IMG/VR virus record: IMGVR_UViG_3300047321_000170
Location: 18,937 to 82,936 of that record
Direction: 5' to 3' (one strand)
DNA from: a virus
DNA: 64,000 nucleotides
Under the pieces are notes generated by a model. It saw only the letters and a list, made by a program, of their open reading frames with translations, was not told the origin of the DNA and made no database searches. Both the position numbers and the translations under genes were made by a program. This document shows positions 18,914 through 29,445 of the stretch, piece by piece (within the stretch, counting starts at the first letter, position 1; each line of letters begins with the position of its first letter).

Positions 18914-18924
18914 AGGCGGTCAGT

Positions 18925-20958
18925 TCATGCAGCTTCCTTCAGGGGTAGCGTGAAAACGTGATCTGCGATCGGCCGCTTGTGCGTCACAACGATCACCTGT
19001 TTGATGGTCTCCTTCAAACGCTGAAGGCACTCAGCGGTGTAACGGGCGCGCTTCTCGTCCATCGACTCGTCGAACTCGTCGGCCATGAACACAGAGAACA
19101 CACCGTTGGTCAGAACCTGACCGAGACCGATCCGCAAAGCGAGATTGGCCACGGCCTTGCCCGAACCCGACAACGTCTGAACCTGCTGGCCATCGACCGT
19201 GATGTTGAACTCGTCGTCAACGACGATTGAGCTGCGAGCACCACCCGTCATCTGGTTGATCAGCATGGACGCGACCTTGTTCAGCGATGGCACCAGGTAC
19301 GACTTGATGACCACCTTCGCCTCGGCGATCGCAGCCTTGGCGTTTGTCCAATCCGTGGACTGCTCCAGCAGCCCGTCCATCTTCAGCTTGTCCTCCACGT
19401 AGGAGCGCACAGAAGCCTCGTAGGCGCCCTGGGCCTGCTCATAAGCACGCGAGGCCACCAGGCGCTCTTCCAGAGCCACCAGACGCCCTTCTACGGGCTC
19501 CAGCTCCCGGATGCGTGCCTCGCGCTCCTTGAGCTGGGCGAAGAACTGCTCGTACGCGGCTACCTGCGCGCCGTGGGCCAGGAGCGCGCCATCGAACTTC
19601 TGGCGTTCAGCGATGCGCCCCGATTGGTCCGGATTCGCTTTCAGCAGATCGTCCAGCTGCACGATGTTCTTCGCGTTGGCCTCGAACGCCTCGACCTTCT
19701 CAGCGATCTGCTTGACCTTCTCGTCCATCTTGGCCGCGATCTGCTCTTTCTCAGCCGCAACGTCACGCTCCAGCTGCGGAATCGAGTCTTCGAGCTGCTT
19801 CTTCAGATCGACGTTGAACTGGAGAGCGCGCTGCGCGTTCAGGTAGCCAGCCGAATACTGCGACGGCTGGATCTCGATCGCGTCCGCATAGGCGTCCAGC
19901 TCCTCGCTCGCGACCGGCCAGGTGTGCGAGCACTTCGGGCACGAGTGGTGACCCTGTGCCAGCAGCTTCTGCTTCGCCGCCCAACGGGCGTGCTTCTCGT
20001 TGCGGCTGAACTGTTCGTCGATCGCGGCGGTCGTCATCTCCGGCAGCTTCAGCTCGGCCAGCTTCGCGCGGACCTGTGCCAGCTGCTTGGCCGAATACGA
20101 CTCACCATCGAGCTGGGCGGCGAGCTTCAGCAACTCACCCTCGACAGTCGTTTTCTCGCGCATGATCTGCGAGGCATTGCTGTCCGCCAGCTTGCGGGCG
20201 TCGAGCAGCTGCCCGCGGATGTCCTGAAGACTTTGAAGCGTCGCGACCGTCTCGTTGACCTCGCACACGGGCGCCACCGGCTCGGCTGGCTTGTTGGCAA
20301 CCATGCCGCGCAGCTGGTTCAACTCCGTCGCGATCAACACAGCTTCCTGACGCTTCAGCGCCAGCGTCGAGCTGCTTTCGTAGTTCTCCGGGACTTCCGG
20401 CTGGACTGGCTCACGCAAGACGCCCGCGATGCCCTCGGCCTGGCGCGCAAACTTCAGCGCCTGCTCGCCCGCTTCCTTGATCAGATCGTCCAGCACGGCG
20501 AGGCCGACAGTCTGGTCGACGATCTTCTTGCGCTCACCAGGCTTCGCGTCCGACAGAGCTTCGACGGCCCCTTGCATCACTGCGTTGGCCATCGTGAACA
20601 CGCTGTAGTCGTAGCCGAAGATCTCTTTCATCTTCAGGTTGACCGGCTTCGTACCGACCGCAACATCGTGCTCAGCGTTGTCGTTCAGCGGCGCACGAAT
20701 CAGTTTTGCGTTCTTGATCGTGCGGTTGACGCGGTAGCGCTGATCCTTGACGACGAAAGTCAGCGTGACATCGAGCTTCTTATAATCGTCGGCGACACCG
20801 CGCAGCGCGACGCTGCCCCACAGCGCGAACAGAATCATTTCAAGCGTGACCGACTTGCCAGATTCATTCTCACCAGTGATCGCTGTCTGGCCAGCCTGGA
20901 AGTTGAAGACCGAATGCGGATGACGGAAGCCGTTCTTGATGATCAATTGTTCAAGCAT
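18925..20958 (-). CDS. SbcC/Rad50-like ATPase
   Basis: GENESGKS Walker A, coiled coil with CPKC hook, LSGSG, DE Walker B. Confidence 0.9.
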   Translation of the reverse strand: MLEQLIIKNGFRHPHSVFNFQAGQTAITGENESGKSVTLEMILFALWGSVALRGVADDYKKLDVTLTFVVKDQRYRVNRTIKNAKLIRAPLNDNAEHDVAVGTKPVNLKMKEIFGYDYSVFTMANAVMQGAVEALSDAKPGERKKIVDQTVGLAVLDDLIKEAGEQALKFARQAEGIAGVLREPVQPEVPENYESSSTLALKRQEAVLIATELNQLRGMVANKPAEPVAPVCEVNETVATLQSLQDIRGQLLDARKLADSNASQIMREKTTVEGELLKLAAQLDGESYSAKQLAQVRAKLAELKLPEMTTAAIDEQFSRNEKHARWAAKQKLLAQGHHSCPKCSHTWPVASEELDAYADAIEIQPSQYSAGYLNAQRALQFNVDLKKQLEDSIPQLERDVAAEKEQIAAKMDEKVKQIAEKVEAFEANAKNIVQLDDLLKANPDQSGRIAERQKFDGALLAHGAQVAAYEQFFAQLKEREARIRELEPVEGRLVALEERLVASRAYEQAQGAYEASVRSYVEDKLKMDGLLEQSTDWTNAKAAIAEAKVVIKSYLVPSLNKVASMLINQMTGGARSSIVVDDEFNITVDGQQVQTLSGSGKAVANLALRIGLGQVLTNGVFSVFMADEFDESMDEKRARYTAECLQRLKETIKQVIVVTHKRPIADHVFTLPLKEAA

Positions 20959-20968
20959 GTCGTTCTCC

Positions 20969-21988
20969 TTAGACCGTTTCGTTGCGCTTTTCGAGGTACT
21001 TCGTCAGGAGCACGCTGGACGTTTCGGCGGTGACACCATGCTTCGTGAAGCAGCGCGACAGGATGTCCTGCATGTCGAACGATTCCGTTTGCACGGTGAT
21101 GTCCACGAAGTCCTCGCCGTTGTCGGCGATCGGCTGCGTCGTGGTAGCCCACGCATCGAACTCGAAGTCGATCTGCTCACCGGGCTTCAGCCGAACGCGC
21201 ACCGCCTTGTCGTGGAACTGGGTCGGGTCAGCCGCAACCGCCGCGCGCAGCTCTTCGAGCGACAACGTGACGTACGTGTTGTTGTCCGGATCTTCACCGT
21301 GACTGTACGGTTGCATCGAGCCGGGGAACACCACGCGAATGCCGTTGATCATGTCGTCGAACGGGCGGTGATCGTGGCCGCTGACCACCAGCTTGGTGAA
21401 GGGCTTCAGCTCGAATAGCGGCACGGCGTTGTGCGGATTCTCGTCGAACGTCACACGATCCCAATGGCCGACGACGAGATCAAACTCCATGAAGCCGTCT
21501 TTGCTGAGGCCAAGGTCGCGCGCCATCTCCTTCGAGTTGCGGAACGGATGCCACGGCACCACGCCGAGGCGGAACAGACCCGCCTGGATGATCTCGGTAT
21601 CGTCGAGCGAGATGACGATGTTCTGCACGCCGAGGAGCAGCTGATGGAGAAGATCGTAGGAGCTGGCTTTATCTGCGTCGCGCGAGGCGTCATGGTTTCC
21701 ACGCACCAGCACGAAGATCGTGTCCGGACGGGCCACAGCGGCTTTGCGATAAGCCATCGCCACTTCAAGGACGATCTCTGGCGGCACCACGTAGGTGTCG
21801 AAGATGTCGCCGAGGCAGATGTTGACATTCACTTCCGCGTACAGCTCTTCGTTGAACTGCGCAGCGATCGCGGCTTCACGTTCGCCGCGACGGTTCAGCG
21901 GGACACCAGTGAGAAAGTTGCGGCCCCGATGCACGTCGCCGATAAAGCCGACCTTCTGGCCAGCGATTTCCATAATCTTCATGTTCAC
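20969..21988 (-). CDS. SbcD/Mre11-like nuclease
   Basis: GDVH, GDIFD, GNHD, GH.H. Confidence 0.9.
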   Translation of the reverse strand: MNMKIMEIAGQKVGFIGDVHRGRNFLTGVPLNRRGEREAAIAAQFNEELYAEVNVNICLGDIFDTYVVPPEIVLEVAMAYRKAAVARPDTIFVLVRGNHDASRDADKASSYDLLHQLLLGVQNIVISLDDTEIIQAGLFRLGVVPWHPFRNSKEMARDLGLSKDGFMEFDLVVGHWDRVTFDENPHNAVPLFELKPFTKLVVSGHDHRPFDDMINGIRVVFPGSMQPYSHGEDPDNNTYVTLSLEELRAAVAADPTQFHDKAVRVRLKPGEQIDFEFDAWATTTQPIADNGEDFVDITVQTESFDMQDILSRCFTKHGVTAETSSVLLTKYLEKRNETV

Positions 21989-22075
21989 GACCTTGTGAAA
22001 ATCTTGCTGAGGATGAAGATCACCGCGGCGGTGACTACCGCCGCGATGATTACTTCGATCGACTTGCGAATTCGA

Positions 22076-22720
22076 TCAGGCAACGGCATCGACGACATCT
22101 CCGGCTGCTTGCAGCGAAGGATGTTTCGTCGAGTGCTCGCGCACAGCAAACAGCACCTTGATCTGGTGGAACACGTCGAACAGGGCGCTATGGGCGGGGC
22201 CAACGAACGGGATCAGGCGCTCGAACTCGGGAGGGGTCTGCGGCCAGTAGCGGCCACGAATCCACGAGTTCATGTCGTTCGTCTGGCGGAAGTGGAACGG
22301 GTTCTGCACTTCGAACTGCTTGCAGTAACTTTCAATGAACGGATATTCGAAGTGCGACGGCTTCGCCCAGAGGCGCAGCGTGTCGTTGTACGGGTCAGTG
22401 CCGACGCGAGCCCACGTCACGAAGTCCTGCATGACCTTCGCGGGGTTCTCGCTGCGCTGCATGATGCTGGTCAGGATCTCGCGCTTGTCTTTGAGCCACC
22501 AGCTGCGCGTCTCTTCATCGAAGTAGCGCTTGGGCGGCATGATCAGGCAGCGGTCGAAGGTGTCAGGATGGATCTCGCCTGAAGCGAGGTCGAAGCGAAC
22601 GGCGGCGATCTGGATGATGGCGTTCTCGTCGGAGCGAGTACCAGTCGTTTCCAGGTCAACCATGAAATCAAGGCATTTTACGGTCATGTTGGGTGGCCAG
22701 AAGTTGTGAGAAAAGCACAT
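22076..22720 (-). CDS. DEDDh 3'-5' exonuclease
   Basis: VDLET, IQIAAV, HSALFD. Confidence 0.85.
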   Translation of the reverse strand: MCFSHNFWPPNMTVKCLDFMVDLETTGTRSDENAIIQIAAVRFDLASGEIHPDTFDRCLIMPPKRYFDEETRSWWLKDKREILTSIMQRSENPAKVMQDFVTWARVGTDPYNDTLRLWAKPSHFEYPFIESYCKQFEVQNPFHFRQTNDMNSWIRGRYWPQTPPEFERLIPFVGPAHSALFDVFHQIKVLFAVREHSTKHPSLQAAGDVVDAVA

Positions 22721-23132
22721 GGTTCGAGATTCGGTGGTGGTCGATCTCGGCCCACTTCATCGACTTTGTGGTGTTATCGATGATGTGCGACGCGTGGACT
22801 GCATACCAGATTCCATACGACTCTCGCCGGATGAAGAAGTAATAGTCCCCGCCTGCTGCTACTGCCTTGCGTGCTGCGCGCCACTGGTTCTTGGCGATCA
22901 TGCTGAAGGGGAAAGACGGCTCCTTCACCGTGCTCTTCACTTCAGCGTAGAACATGCGGCCTTCCCATGTGACTGTGAAGTCAGAAGGCTGTGCGTCCTT
23001 GATTGCTCGTTGAAGCCCAGTGGCACCGCGCACATGCGCCGTGTCGGTAAGTCGCTCGACTGCTGCGCGCTTACCGAAAGGCGCAAAGAAGGAGATGAAC
23101 TCCTCCTCTGCATCCTTCCAGACTTGCTTCAT
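22668..23132 (-). CDS. Holliday junction resolvase (RecU-like PD-(D/E)XK)
   Basis: PSDF..AEVKS..Q. Confidence 0.75.
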   Translation of the reverse strand: MKQVWKDAEEEFISFFAPFGKRAAVERLTDTAHVRGATGLQRAIKDAQPSDFTVTWEGRMFYAEVKSTVKEPSFPFSMIAKNQWRAARKAVAAGGDYYFFIRRESYGIWYAVHASHIIDNTTKSMKWAEIDHHRISNHVLFSQLLATQHDRKMP

Positions 23133-23199
23133 TTTTTCTTTGACTACGTGGTGGTGGTGTGCATCGATTATATCTAGCTAGTACCTCTAAGGTTCAAGG

Positions 23200-23214
23200 A
23201 ACTAGCTGATAGTT
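23200..23214. promoter_or_regulatory. Palindromic operator, family A (variant)
   Basis: AACTAGCTGATAGTT. Confidence 0.5.
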
Positions 23215-23215
23215 A

Positions 23216-24538
23216 TCACACTACTTTGTCTGTGCGAAAGCGCACGAACACCGGGTTGCGAAGCGACCCTTCGGAGGTCTTCTCCATGTACTCGCATTCG
23301 AGTATCCAGCCCAGCATCTCCTCACGCCGCTCCCAGAACTCGTGGCGTTGTGCGCGCGTATAGCCACCGCCCACGTTGACTCGGAACGAACTACCATCTT
23401 CCAATTTTCCCTCGATGGTGAAACCACCGAGTACGTGCTCGAACTGGCTCTTTTTCTTGCCGTTGTAAAAGCCGACAATGCGCCCTTCTGCCGTGTCCAG
23501 AGGCTTGCCCTTCAACCAATGCGGGCTGCGGCCCCACACATACGGCGCGCGCTTCGCCTTCAGCATGAAGCCCTCGAATCCCTGCGCGAGCGCCAGGTCG
23601 AAGAACGCCTTTACTTCGTCCCGGTTGTTCACGGTCTGCTTGTAGCTCGGCAGGAGCTTGCCGGTCCACTGGAGCCCTTCCTCCGTCTCGACCGCGCAGA
23701 CCTTCTCCAGCGCCGCGTCGAGCAGCTCGCTGCGCTCTTCCTGCGGGCGCACGCAAGTCTGCTGGTCCCACTCCACCTTCGTGAGCCAATCGTAGGCATA
23801 GAAGCGCAGCTGCGAGCGGTCAGCGCCATCCTTCTTGGACTTCGACGTGGCCGTCCAGCTTGGGTGCTTCTCGCCTGGAGCGACCACATGGATCATCAGC
23901 TCGCCGTCTAGCACCATCGGCTGATCGCCGACCAGCGCCTGGCGCAGTGCCTGCATGTCGGCGTCGAACAGCGTGCCCATCCAGTACGTCTGGTCAAGAC
24001 CATCGCGCGAATACCCGACGACCGGCTGGCCGGGGTAGACGAAGACCGCTGTGCGTTGGCCGTCCATCTTGAACTCGATCTGGGCGGGGAACTCTGGGTC
24101 ATGCTCGGCATACTTCTCGGCCAGCATCACGTCGAACACGGGGATCAGGCCGGGGAAGACCTTGTTGATCTCCTTCGCGCCGATGCCCACGCGCAGGTTC
24201 TTGCGCAGCACTGCCGCGAGGTTGTCGGCCGTCTCGACCGAGTATTGCGCCAGCGTGCAGCGAATCACGTCCTTCGCCGCGTTGCCGGTCAGTCGGCGCG
24301 TCGCCAGTGACAGCAGCAGCTGGACGAACTCTTCACCGTTGTCCACGTCCTCGGCGCGGTAGTCATCAGGCAGATCGAAGTCTTTCACCCCGTACGTCAC
24401 GAAAGGCGACAGCGCTGCGACCAGCATCTTCTTGGCAAACTCTTCAGGGTCAGCACCGAGCTTGGTGATAGCTTCGATCTTCTCGTTCTTGCTGCTTGTT
24501 GCCCGGCACTCGGCCATCAGTCGGTTGAAACGTCTCAT
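23216..24538 (-). CDS. ATP-dependent DNA ligase
   Basis: KMDGQR, LDGE, EGFMLK, WLK.K, SLRNP.F. Confidence 0.93.
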   Translation of the reverse strand: MRRFNRLMAECRATSSKNEKIEAITKLGADPEEFAKKMLVAALSPFVTYGVKDFDLPDDYRAEDVDNGEEFVQLLLSLATRRLTGNAAKDVIRCTLAQYSVETADNLAAVLRKNLRVGIGAKEINKVFPGLIPVFDVMLAEKYAEHDPEFPAQIEFKMDGQRTAVFVYPGQPVVGYSRDGLDQTYWMGTLFDADMQALRQALVGDQPMVLDGELMIHVVAPGEKHPSWTATSKSKKDGADRSQLRFYAYDWLTKVEWDQQTCVRPQEERSELLDAALEKVCAVETEEGLQWTGKLLPSYKQTVNNRDEVKAFFDLALAQGFEGFMLKAKRAPYVWGRSPHWLKGKPLDTAEGRIVGFYNGKKKSQFEHVLGGFTIEGKLEDGSSFRVNVGGGYTRAQRHEFWERREEMLGWILECEYMEKTSEGSLRNPVFVRFRTDKVV

Positions 24539-24756
24539 GCTTTCAAGTCCTCTTCTACTGCTGCCTTTGCTTCGGCGACGATACGCACGGCTTCGTCACC
24601 CTCCCCGTTGATCGTCATGAGCCGCGCGATCTCGCGAAGACCCTCTTTCAGCGCTTGCGAATCGTTGACTCTGCTGCCGAACGCCTCACGCGACCTGTAG
24701 CCACTAGCGGTGGCGATGTAGATATCAACTTCGCTGTGTACGATCTTGTTGCTCAT
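24535..24756 (-). CDS. Hypothetical protein
   Basis: Coupled ORF. Confidence 0.65.
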   Translation of the reverse strand: MSNKIVHSEVDIYIATASGYRSREAFGSRVNDSQALKEGLREIARLMTINGEGDEAVRIVAEAKAAVEEDLKA

Positions 24757-27473
24757 GCTGTTGCTTCCTCTTCCTGTTGTGCCTCAGCCGGCATGCCGTC
24801 GAGGATGTAGTCCAGAATCGCCTGGCGCTCTTCACGCGTGGCACGCTTGCCCCAACGGTCTTCCGCGATACACGGCAGACCCTTCTGCATTTCCATCAGC
24901 TCGACCTGGCCGTCAGGGCACTTCTCCTTGTTCCACGGCTGCATGGTCTTGCCGATAGCAAGGGAAGAGTCCAGCTTCAGGTTCTTCATCAAGCCAGCGT
25001 CTTCGATCATCACTTCGTAGAAGTCGTCAAAGAAGTCGATCACTTGCGAGCGCGGCACGCTGTAGATCAGTTCGTCGTGAATCAGCAGATAGAAGCGGGC
25101 GCGGTAGCCACGCTCAGCGATGCGCTGCTTCATGCGGATAATTGCGCGCTTCGCGAGCGCTCCACCGAGACCCTGAACCTTCGCGTTCACGCACTGGTTA
25201 CCAGCGCGGCGATTGATCTTCTTGATCACTGCATCACCGAAGGCTGCGATCGCCGGATCTCCATAAGAAGCGAACTTCTGCTTCATGATGTTGATCCACT
25301 CGTAGGTCGCCTCGAAGCGGTCACGGCGATGGTGATCGGGTAGTTCAACGTAGCCGCGCTCGCGGGCTTCCTCGATCGTGCTGACGCGCCACTCTTCAGC
25401 CACAGAGAACGTCGCGCGGTACTTGTCGACCATCTCCCACATGAACTCGCTCGACCATCCCAGCGCTTCGCCGGTCGTGCCCAGGGCGCCCGAATACCAG
25501 TAGCCGAAGTTCGCCGGCTTGCCGATGTCGGTACGCAGCTGCTTCTTGTTGGGGTTCGACTCGTACTCGTCGTCGGTCAGCCCCATCAGACCCGTCACGG
25601 CTTCCTTGTGCAGATCCTCGTGAGGCCGCTGGCCATAGGCCTTGCGGAACTTCGGATCGTTCGAGTAGTCGCCGATGATCACCAGCTCGACAGCGGACCA
25701 GTCGGCCGACACGAGCACATGCTCTTCGCCTTCAGCATCGTCGTCATCGGCCTCGAAGAAGCCGCGGACATACACCGCCTCGCCGAACTTGCTGAGCTGC
25801 TGGCCATTCGGGTTCTGGCACGAGCTGCGACGTGTCGCCAGCATCGACGACATCTGCGGGTACACACGACCTGTATCGGGATCGACTAGGCACAGGTAAG
25901 GCGTCAGGTACAGCTTCACGCGCTGTGAGATAGAAGCCATCTCCTTGTACGCGCGGAACATGGTCATGCCCGCCTCGTAGCGCTTGATCAGCTCCTGGAG
26001 CGCTGGCAACGTCTTGGCCGACAACTTCAGGTCAGCGCTGACCTCACCAGTCTTCTCGTCGATGCAACCCTTCAGGATCTCGTCGTTGTAGCGTTTGATC
26101 CAGCGACGCTCCAGCTCGACGCGGCAGTCACCATCGCTTTGCGTCTTGCCATCGGCCTGCATATACGAGCCACGCAGCAAGTCATAGATGATCGTCCGCA
26201 TCGGCATGTAGTGGATGAGGTTCACGCCGCTCGACTCTTTCACGCCGCGCTCGATCGCCCAGGCGTTCGATACCGGGCCGCGCGTCTGCATGCACTGCTC
26301 GAAGTCGTCGTCGCTGTCGTCGGACTTCGCCCACTTCTCGATCTGCGTGCGGTACTTCTTGTAGCCTTCGCTTCCCTTCGCAGGATCGAAGTACCACTTG
26401 TCGTACTTGGCCAGCTTCTCGTGTGGCTCCTCGGGGAACGGGAGCAGATCGCGGATCGCAGCCTTCATGGTCCGCAGGCAGCGCGCTTCGTTCTCGCGCT
26501 CCTGATCGCGTCGGGAGAGCACCGCCTTACCGTTCAGCTTGATGCCGTGTTGCCACGCCTTCGAGGCCTCTTCGACGAAAGGCATCTCCTGTTGCATGAA
26601 CGTGTTGAACACGGGCGGGTTCGTCGCCATGATGAAAGCCATCACGCGGTGGAAGAGCTGCAAGCACCAGTAGGCGTCATCGACGCCGTACTCGTAGACC
26701 TCGTCGCCCGTCAGCTGACCCATGTGGGCGCGGCCCCGTAGCGTCTCCTCGAAGGTCGCCATCTTGTAGCCGAACCAGCTGTGGACGGCCCGCTTCAGGT
26801 CGTAGCCGATCTTGATCGACGCGACGTAGCCGTTGTAGCTGTGCGCTGAATCCGACTCCTTCGCGATGACCTTGTAGAGCAGATCTTCCTGGTCCGCGTT
26901 CATGGTCTGGCCAGGCTCGTATCCAGCGAACACGCGCGAGACGGCCGGCAGCAGGCGCTCGATGCCACCGAGTCCCGGTTCGCGGAACCGATCGATGAAG
27001 TAGGTATCCGGCGAGTACGCCGTCACGCACAGCTGCAACGTGCAGATGACGCGTGTGCCGAGATCAAAGCCTGCGGCTTTGGCCATCATCGTCCACTCGA
27101 AGCTCGCGTTGTGGATGACCCAGTACGCGTCGGGCTTCTTCGCGGCCAGCAATGTGAGCGCTTGCGCAAGCGGCACACGGTTCTCGATGTCGGCGTGTGC
27201 GAGGTTGATGTAATACCCATGATGGTTTTCATCCGGGTACAGCGAGAATCCAGTTACGGTCGTGCGGTTCGTGTCGAAGACGAGCTTGGTGTTGCCGCCC
27301 TTCTTGCCTTCGTCGTTGATCTTCATGAGACGGTTCAGACCCTCGTGTCGACGAGAGTCTTCCGTTTCAATGTCGAATCCGATGAACCCCTTGCCCGCAA
27401 CTTCTTCAATGATGCGCGGAGCCAGTTCGGCCCAATTGCGCGCATCAACGAGAACTTTGCGATCGGCTTCCAT
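24753..27473 (-). CDS. Family A DNA polymerase with 3'-5' exonuclease domain
   Basis: FDIET, HNASFE, NPNGQQ, ADWSAVEL, KPANFG..Y, HDEL. Confidence 0.93.
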   Translation of the reverse strand: MEADRKVLVDARNWAELAPRIIEEVAGKGFIGFDIETEDSRRHEGLNRLMKINDEGKKGGNTKLVFDTNRTTVTGFSLYPDENHHGYYINLAHADIENRVPLAQALTLLAAKKPDAYWVIHNASFEWTMMAKAAGFDLGTRVICTLQLCVTAYSPDTYFIDRFREPGLGGIERLLPAVSRVFAGYEPGQTMNADQEDLLYKVIAKESDSAHSYNGYVASIKIGYDLKRAVHSWFGYKMATFEETLRGRAHMGQLTGDEVYEYGVDDAYWCLQLFHRVMAFIMATNPPVFNTFMQQEMPFVEEASKAWQHGIKLNGKAVLSRRDQERENEARCLRTMKAAIRDLLPFPEEPHEKLAKYDKWYFDPAKGSEGYKKYRTQIEKWAKSDDSDDDFEQCMQTRGPVSNAWAIERGVKESSGVNLIHYMPMRTIIYDLLRGSYMQADGKTQSDGDCRVELERRWIKRYNDEILKGCIDEKTGEVSADLKLSAKTLPALQELIKRYEAGMTMFRAYKEMASISQRVKLYLTPYLCLVDPDTGRVYPQMSSMLATRRSSCQNPNGQQLSKFGEAVYVRGFFEADDDDAEGEEHVLVSADWSAVELVIIGDYSNDPKFRKAYGQRPHEDLHKEAVTGLMGLTDDEYESNPNKKQLRTDIGKPANFGYWYSGALGTTGEALGWSSEFMWEMVDKYRATFSVAEEWRVSTIEEARERGYVELPDHHRRDRFEATYEWINIMKQKFASYGDPAIAAFGDAVIKKINRRAGNQCVNAKVQGLGGALAKRAIIRMKQRIAERGYRARFYLLIHDELIYSVPRSQVIDFFDDFYEVMIEDAGLMKNLKLDSSLAIGKTMQPWNKEKCPDGQVELMEMQKGLPCIAEDRWGKRATREERQAILDYILDGMPAEAQQEEEATA

Positions 27474-27475
27474 CG

Positions 27476-27655
27476 TTACTCCTGCGCAGCTTTTTGCGCG
27501 CCGACCAGCGCGATGGCCAGGTTGGCGTGCTCCGGGTGTGCATTGAGCAGATCGTGGAGCTGGTTGGCGAGCCCCCACACCTTCGCCTTGACGATAGGTT
27601 CGAGCTTGCCTATCTCGTCCTCGACGAGCTTCAGTTGATGCTGAGCGATGTTCAT
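27476..27655 (-). CDS. Small hypothetical protein (59 aa, not in ORF track)
   Basis: MNIAQHQLKL..AQE*; leader carries both RNA-target motifs. Confidence 0.6.
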   Translation of the reverse strand: MNIAQHQLKLVEDEIGKLEPIVKAKVWGLANQLHDLLNAHPEHANLAIALVGAQKAAQE

Positions 27656-27680
27656 TGTTTTGATCCGTGGTGGTGGTGAT

Positions 27681-28457
27681 CTACAGCAGGAAATCCTTCA
27701 GAACTTCGTTGAGCACGCGGTCATTGCGCTCTCCGACTACCAGGTTCTTCAGGAGGTCTTCATGGGGCATCTCATAGAAGCCTGTGATCTCCCACATGGC
27801 CTTGAGGACTGCCTCGTTCTCTTTGACCCAAGTGAGAGGCTTCTTACCGAGATTGAAGGAGCCAGCTTCGCTGTCCCAGGACGGGACATAACCCTCGGTG
27901 AAGTATTGGAGCCAGCGCTCGCGGTCGCAGTGTTCCCACGCCTTCTCGCCGAATCCTGGGATGCCTGTGATCTTGTCCGACTTGTCGCCGACGAGCGTCT
28001 TCATGAGGCGCACTTCAGACCACGCGGTGTTGTCGTAGTGGATGTTGTCGCGACCCATGATGTGCGTGTGTACGCCATCACAGGACGCGAGAAAGTCGCC
28101 GTCTGTCGAGTGGATGTTGATGCGGTCTACGAGCGGCCGGTAATGCTTGGCCAGCTGCGTGATCACGTCATCTGCTTCCCAGCCAGCGATCTCCAGCGAC
28201 ATGCAGCGCGTAAAGCGCAGCACCTGCTTGAAGAGGTCCATCGTCTTGTAGAACACATCGGGTGGCGGCACTCGGCCTACCTTATAGCCAGGGTAAATCT
28301 TGCGACGGCGCTCTTTCGAGCCGTGGCCGTCCCAGACCCAGATGATTGTGTCGAACATGGGGAGCATGTTCATTTCATAGAGAACGTCACGGATCGTGCC
28401 GTTCGTCTCGAACTTGACGCGGAACTGGTTGTTCCCGTCGATCAGGTGAAGTGCCAT
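27681..28457 (-). CDS. 5'-3' exonuclease / flap endonuclease
   Basis: IDGNN, YK.GR, EADD, GDKSD.I.GI.GFGEK. Confidence 0.9.
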   Translation of the reverse strand: MALHLIDGNNQFRVKFETNGTIRDVLYEMNMLPMFDTIIWVWDGHGSKERRRKIYPGYKVGRVPPPDVFYKTMDLFKQVLRFTRCMSLEIAGWEADDVITQLAKHYRPLVDRINIHSTDGDFLASCDGVHTHIMGRDNIHYDNTAWSEVRLMKTLVGDKSDKITGIPGFGEKAWEHCDRERWLQYFTEGYVPSWDSEAGSFNLGKKPLTWVKENEAVLKAMWEITGFYEMPHEDLLKNLVVGERNDRVLNEVLKDFLL

Positions 28458-28478
28458 GTGGTCCTCGCGTGGACGTAG

Positions 28479-28512
28479 AAAAAGCCGCGGGCTCTTTCGA
28501 GTCCGCGGCTTC
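28479..28512 (-). terminator. Intrinsic terminator
   Basis: AAGCCGCGG..CCGCGGCTT hairpin with T-run on minus strand. Confidence 0.7.
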
Positions 28513-28528
28513 CGATGACGCTAGGCAG

Positions 28529-29269
28529 TTACGCCGTCGCGCCTTCTTCCTGCTCCACTTCGACGTATTCGCCGAGCGACGCCCAGCACATCACGCCCCA
28601 GGCGTTGCCCGCCTTGTTCGTCATGCGCTTCGACGTGACCTTCACATGCACTTGCGCGCCGATCAGACCTTCCTGCATTACGCGCTGGTAGAAGTCCTGC
28701 CATTCGCGCCAGTTGGTCGTCGAGGTCGCGTAGCCCACGCGTTGACCGGCCTTCGCCAGCACCGTGCCGTCCGGTGCGAGGACATCCTTGATCAGAACCA
28801 TCGGCACGTCAACGGAGCGGTACGGCTTCGCCTTGTTGTCGATGTTCGCAGCCTTGGTGACTGCTTCGTTCCACGAGATGCCCTTGTCCGACTGCACGCC
28901 GTCATACGTCGACCAGTACTGCGCCGGGTTACCGGCCTTGATCGACATCTTCGGCGCGAAGCCGATGCCTTCGGTCATGTCGATGTAGGCTTCGAATTCG
29001 GTGATCAGCTTGTCGCCGGCAGTGCCGATCAACATACCGAATTCTTTCACCTTCGCCCAGACATCGACGTTCATCGCGCCGGTCATGAGCTGGTCCATCG
29101 ACAACTTCTGGCCGGGGGCCGCAACTGCGCCCACTGCGGTCGTACCTACGACTGCGGGAACACCAGCGCCGCCTGCTGCTGCGGCTGCTGCTGCGGAGGG
29201 TGCGGCTGCTGCTGCGATCGCGCCAGCGTTAGCTTGAGCGCGTTCGATTGCTGCTTGGATCGGGTCCAT
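28529..29269 (-). CDS. Putative ssDNA-binding protein
   Basis: Replication-module position; acidic C-terminal tail. Confidence 0.55.
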   Translation of the reverse strand: MDPIQAAIERAQANAGAIAAAAAPSAAAAAAAGGAGVPAVVGTTAVGAVAAPGQKLSMDQLMTGAMNVDVWAKVKEFGMLIGTAGDKLITEFEAYIDMTEGIGFAPKMSIKAGNPAQYWSTYDGVQSDKGISWNEAVTKAANIDNKAKPYRSVDVPMVLIKDVLAPDGTVLAKAGQRVGYATSTTNWREWQDFYQRVMQEGLIGAQVHVKVTSKRMTNKAGNAWGVMCWASLGEYVEVEQEEGATA

Positions 29270-29445
29270 GTAAAAGCTCCAGTTTCATTAGCCAGGTTTC
29301 TGTGTCTTACTGCCCTCGCTGCTAAGGTGGTGGATCTCAGCGGCGAGTTCGAAGATCTTAACTTCGACCTTCTAACTATTCAATCGCATGTATATGCTAC
29401 TTGCGACTGATAGATCCGCTTACGTGCTACTGCGCACATTCATTT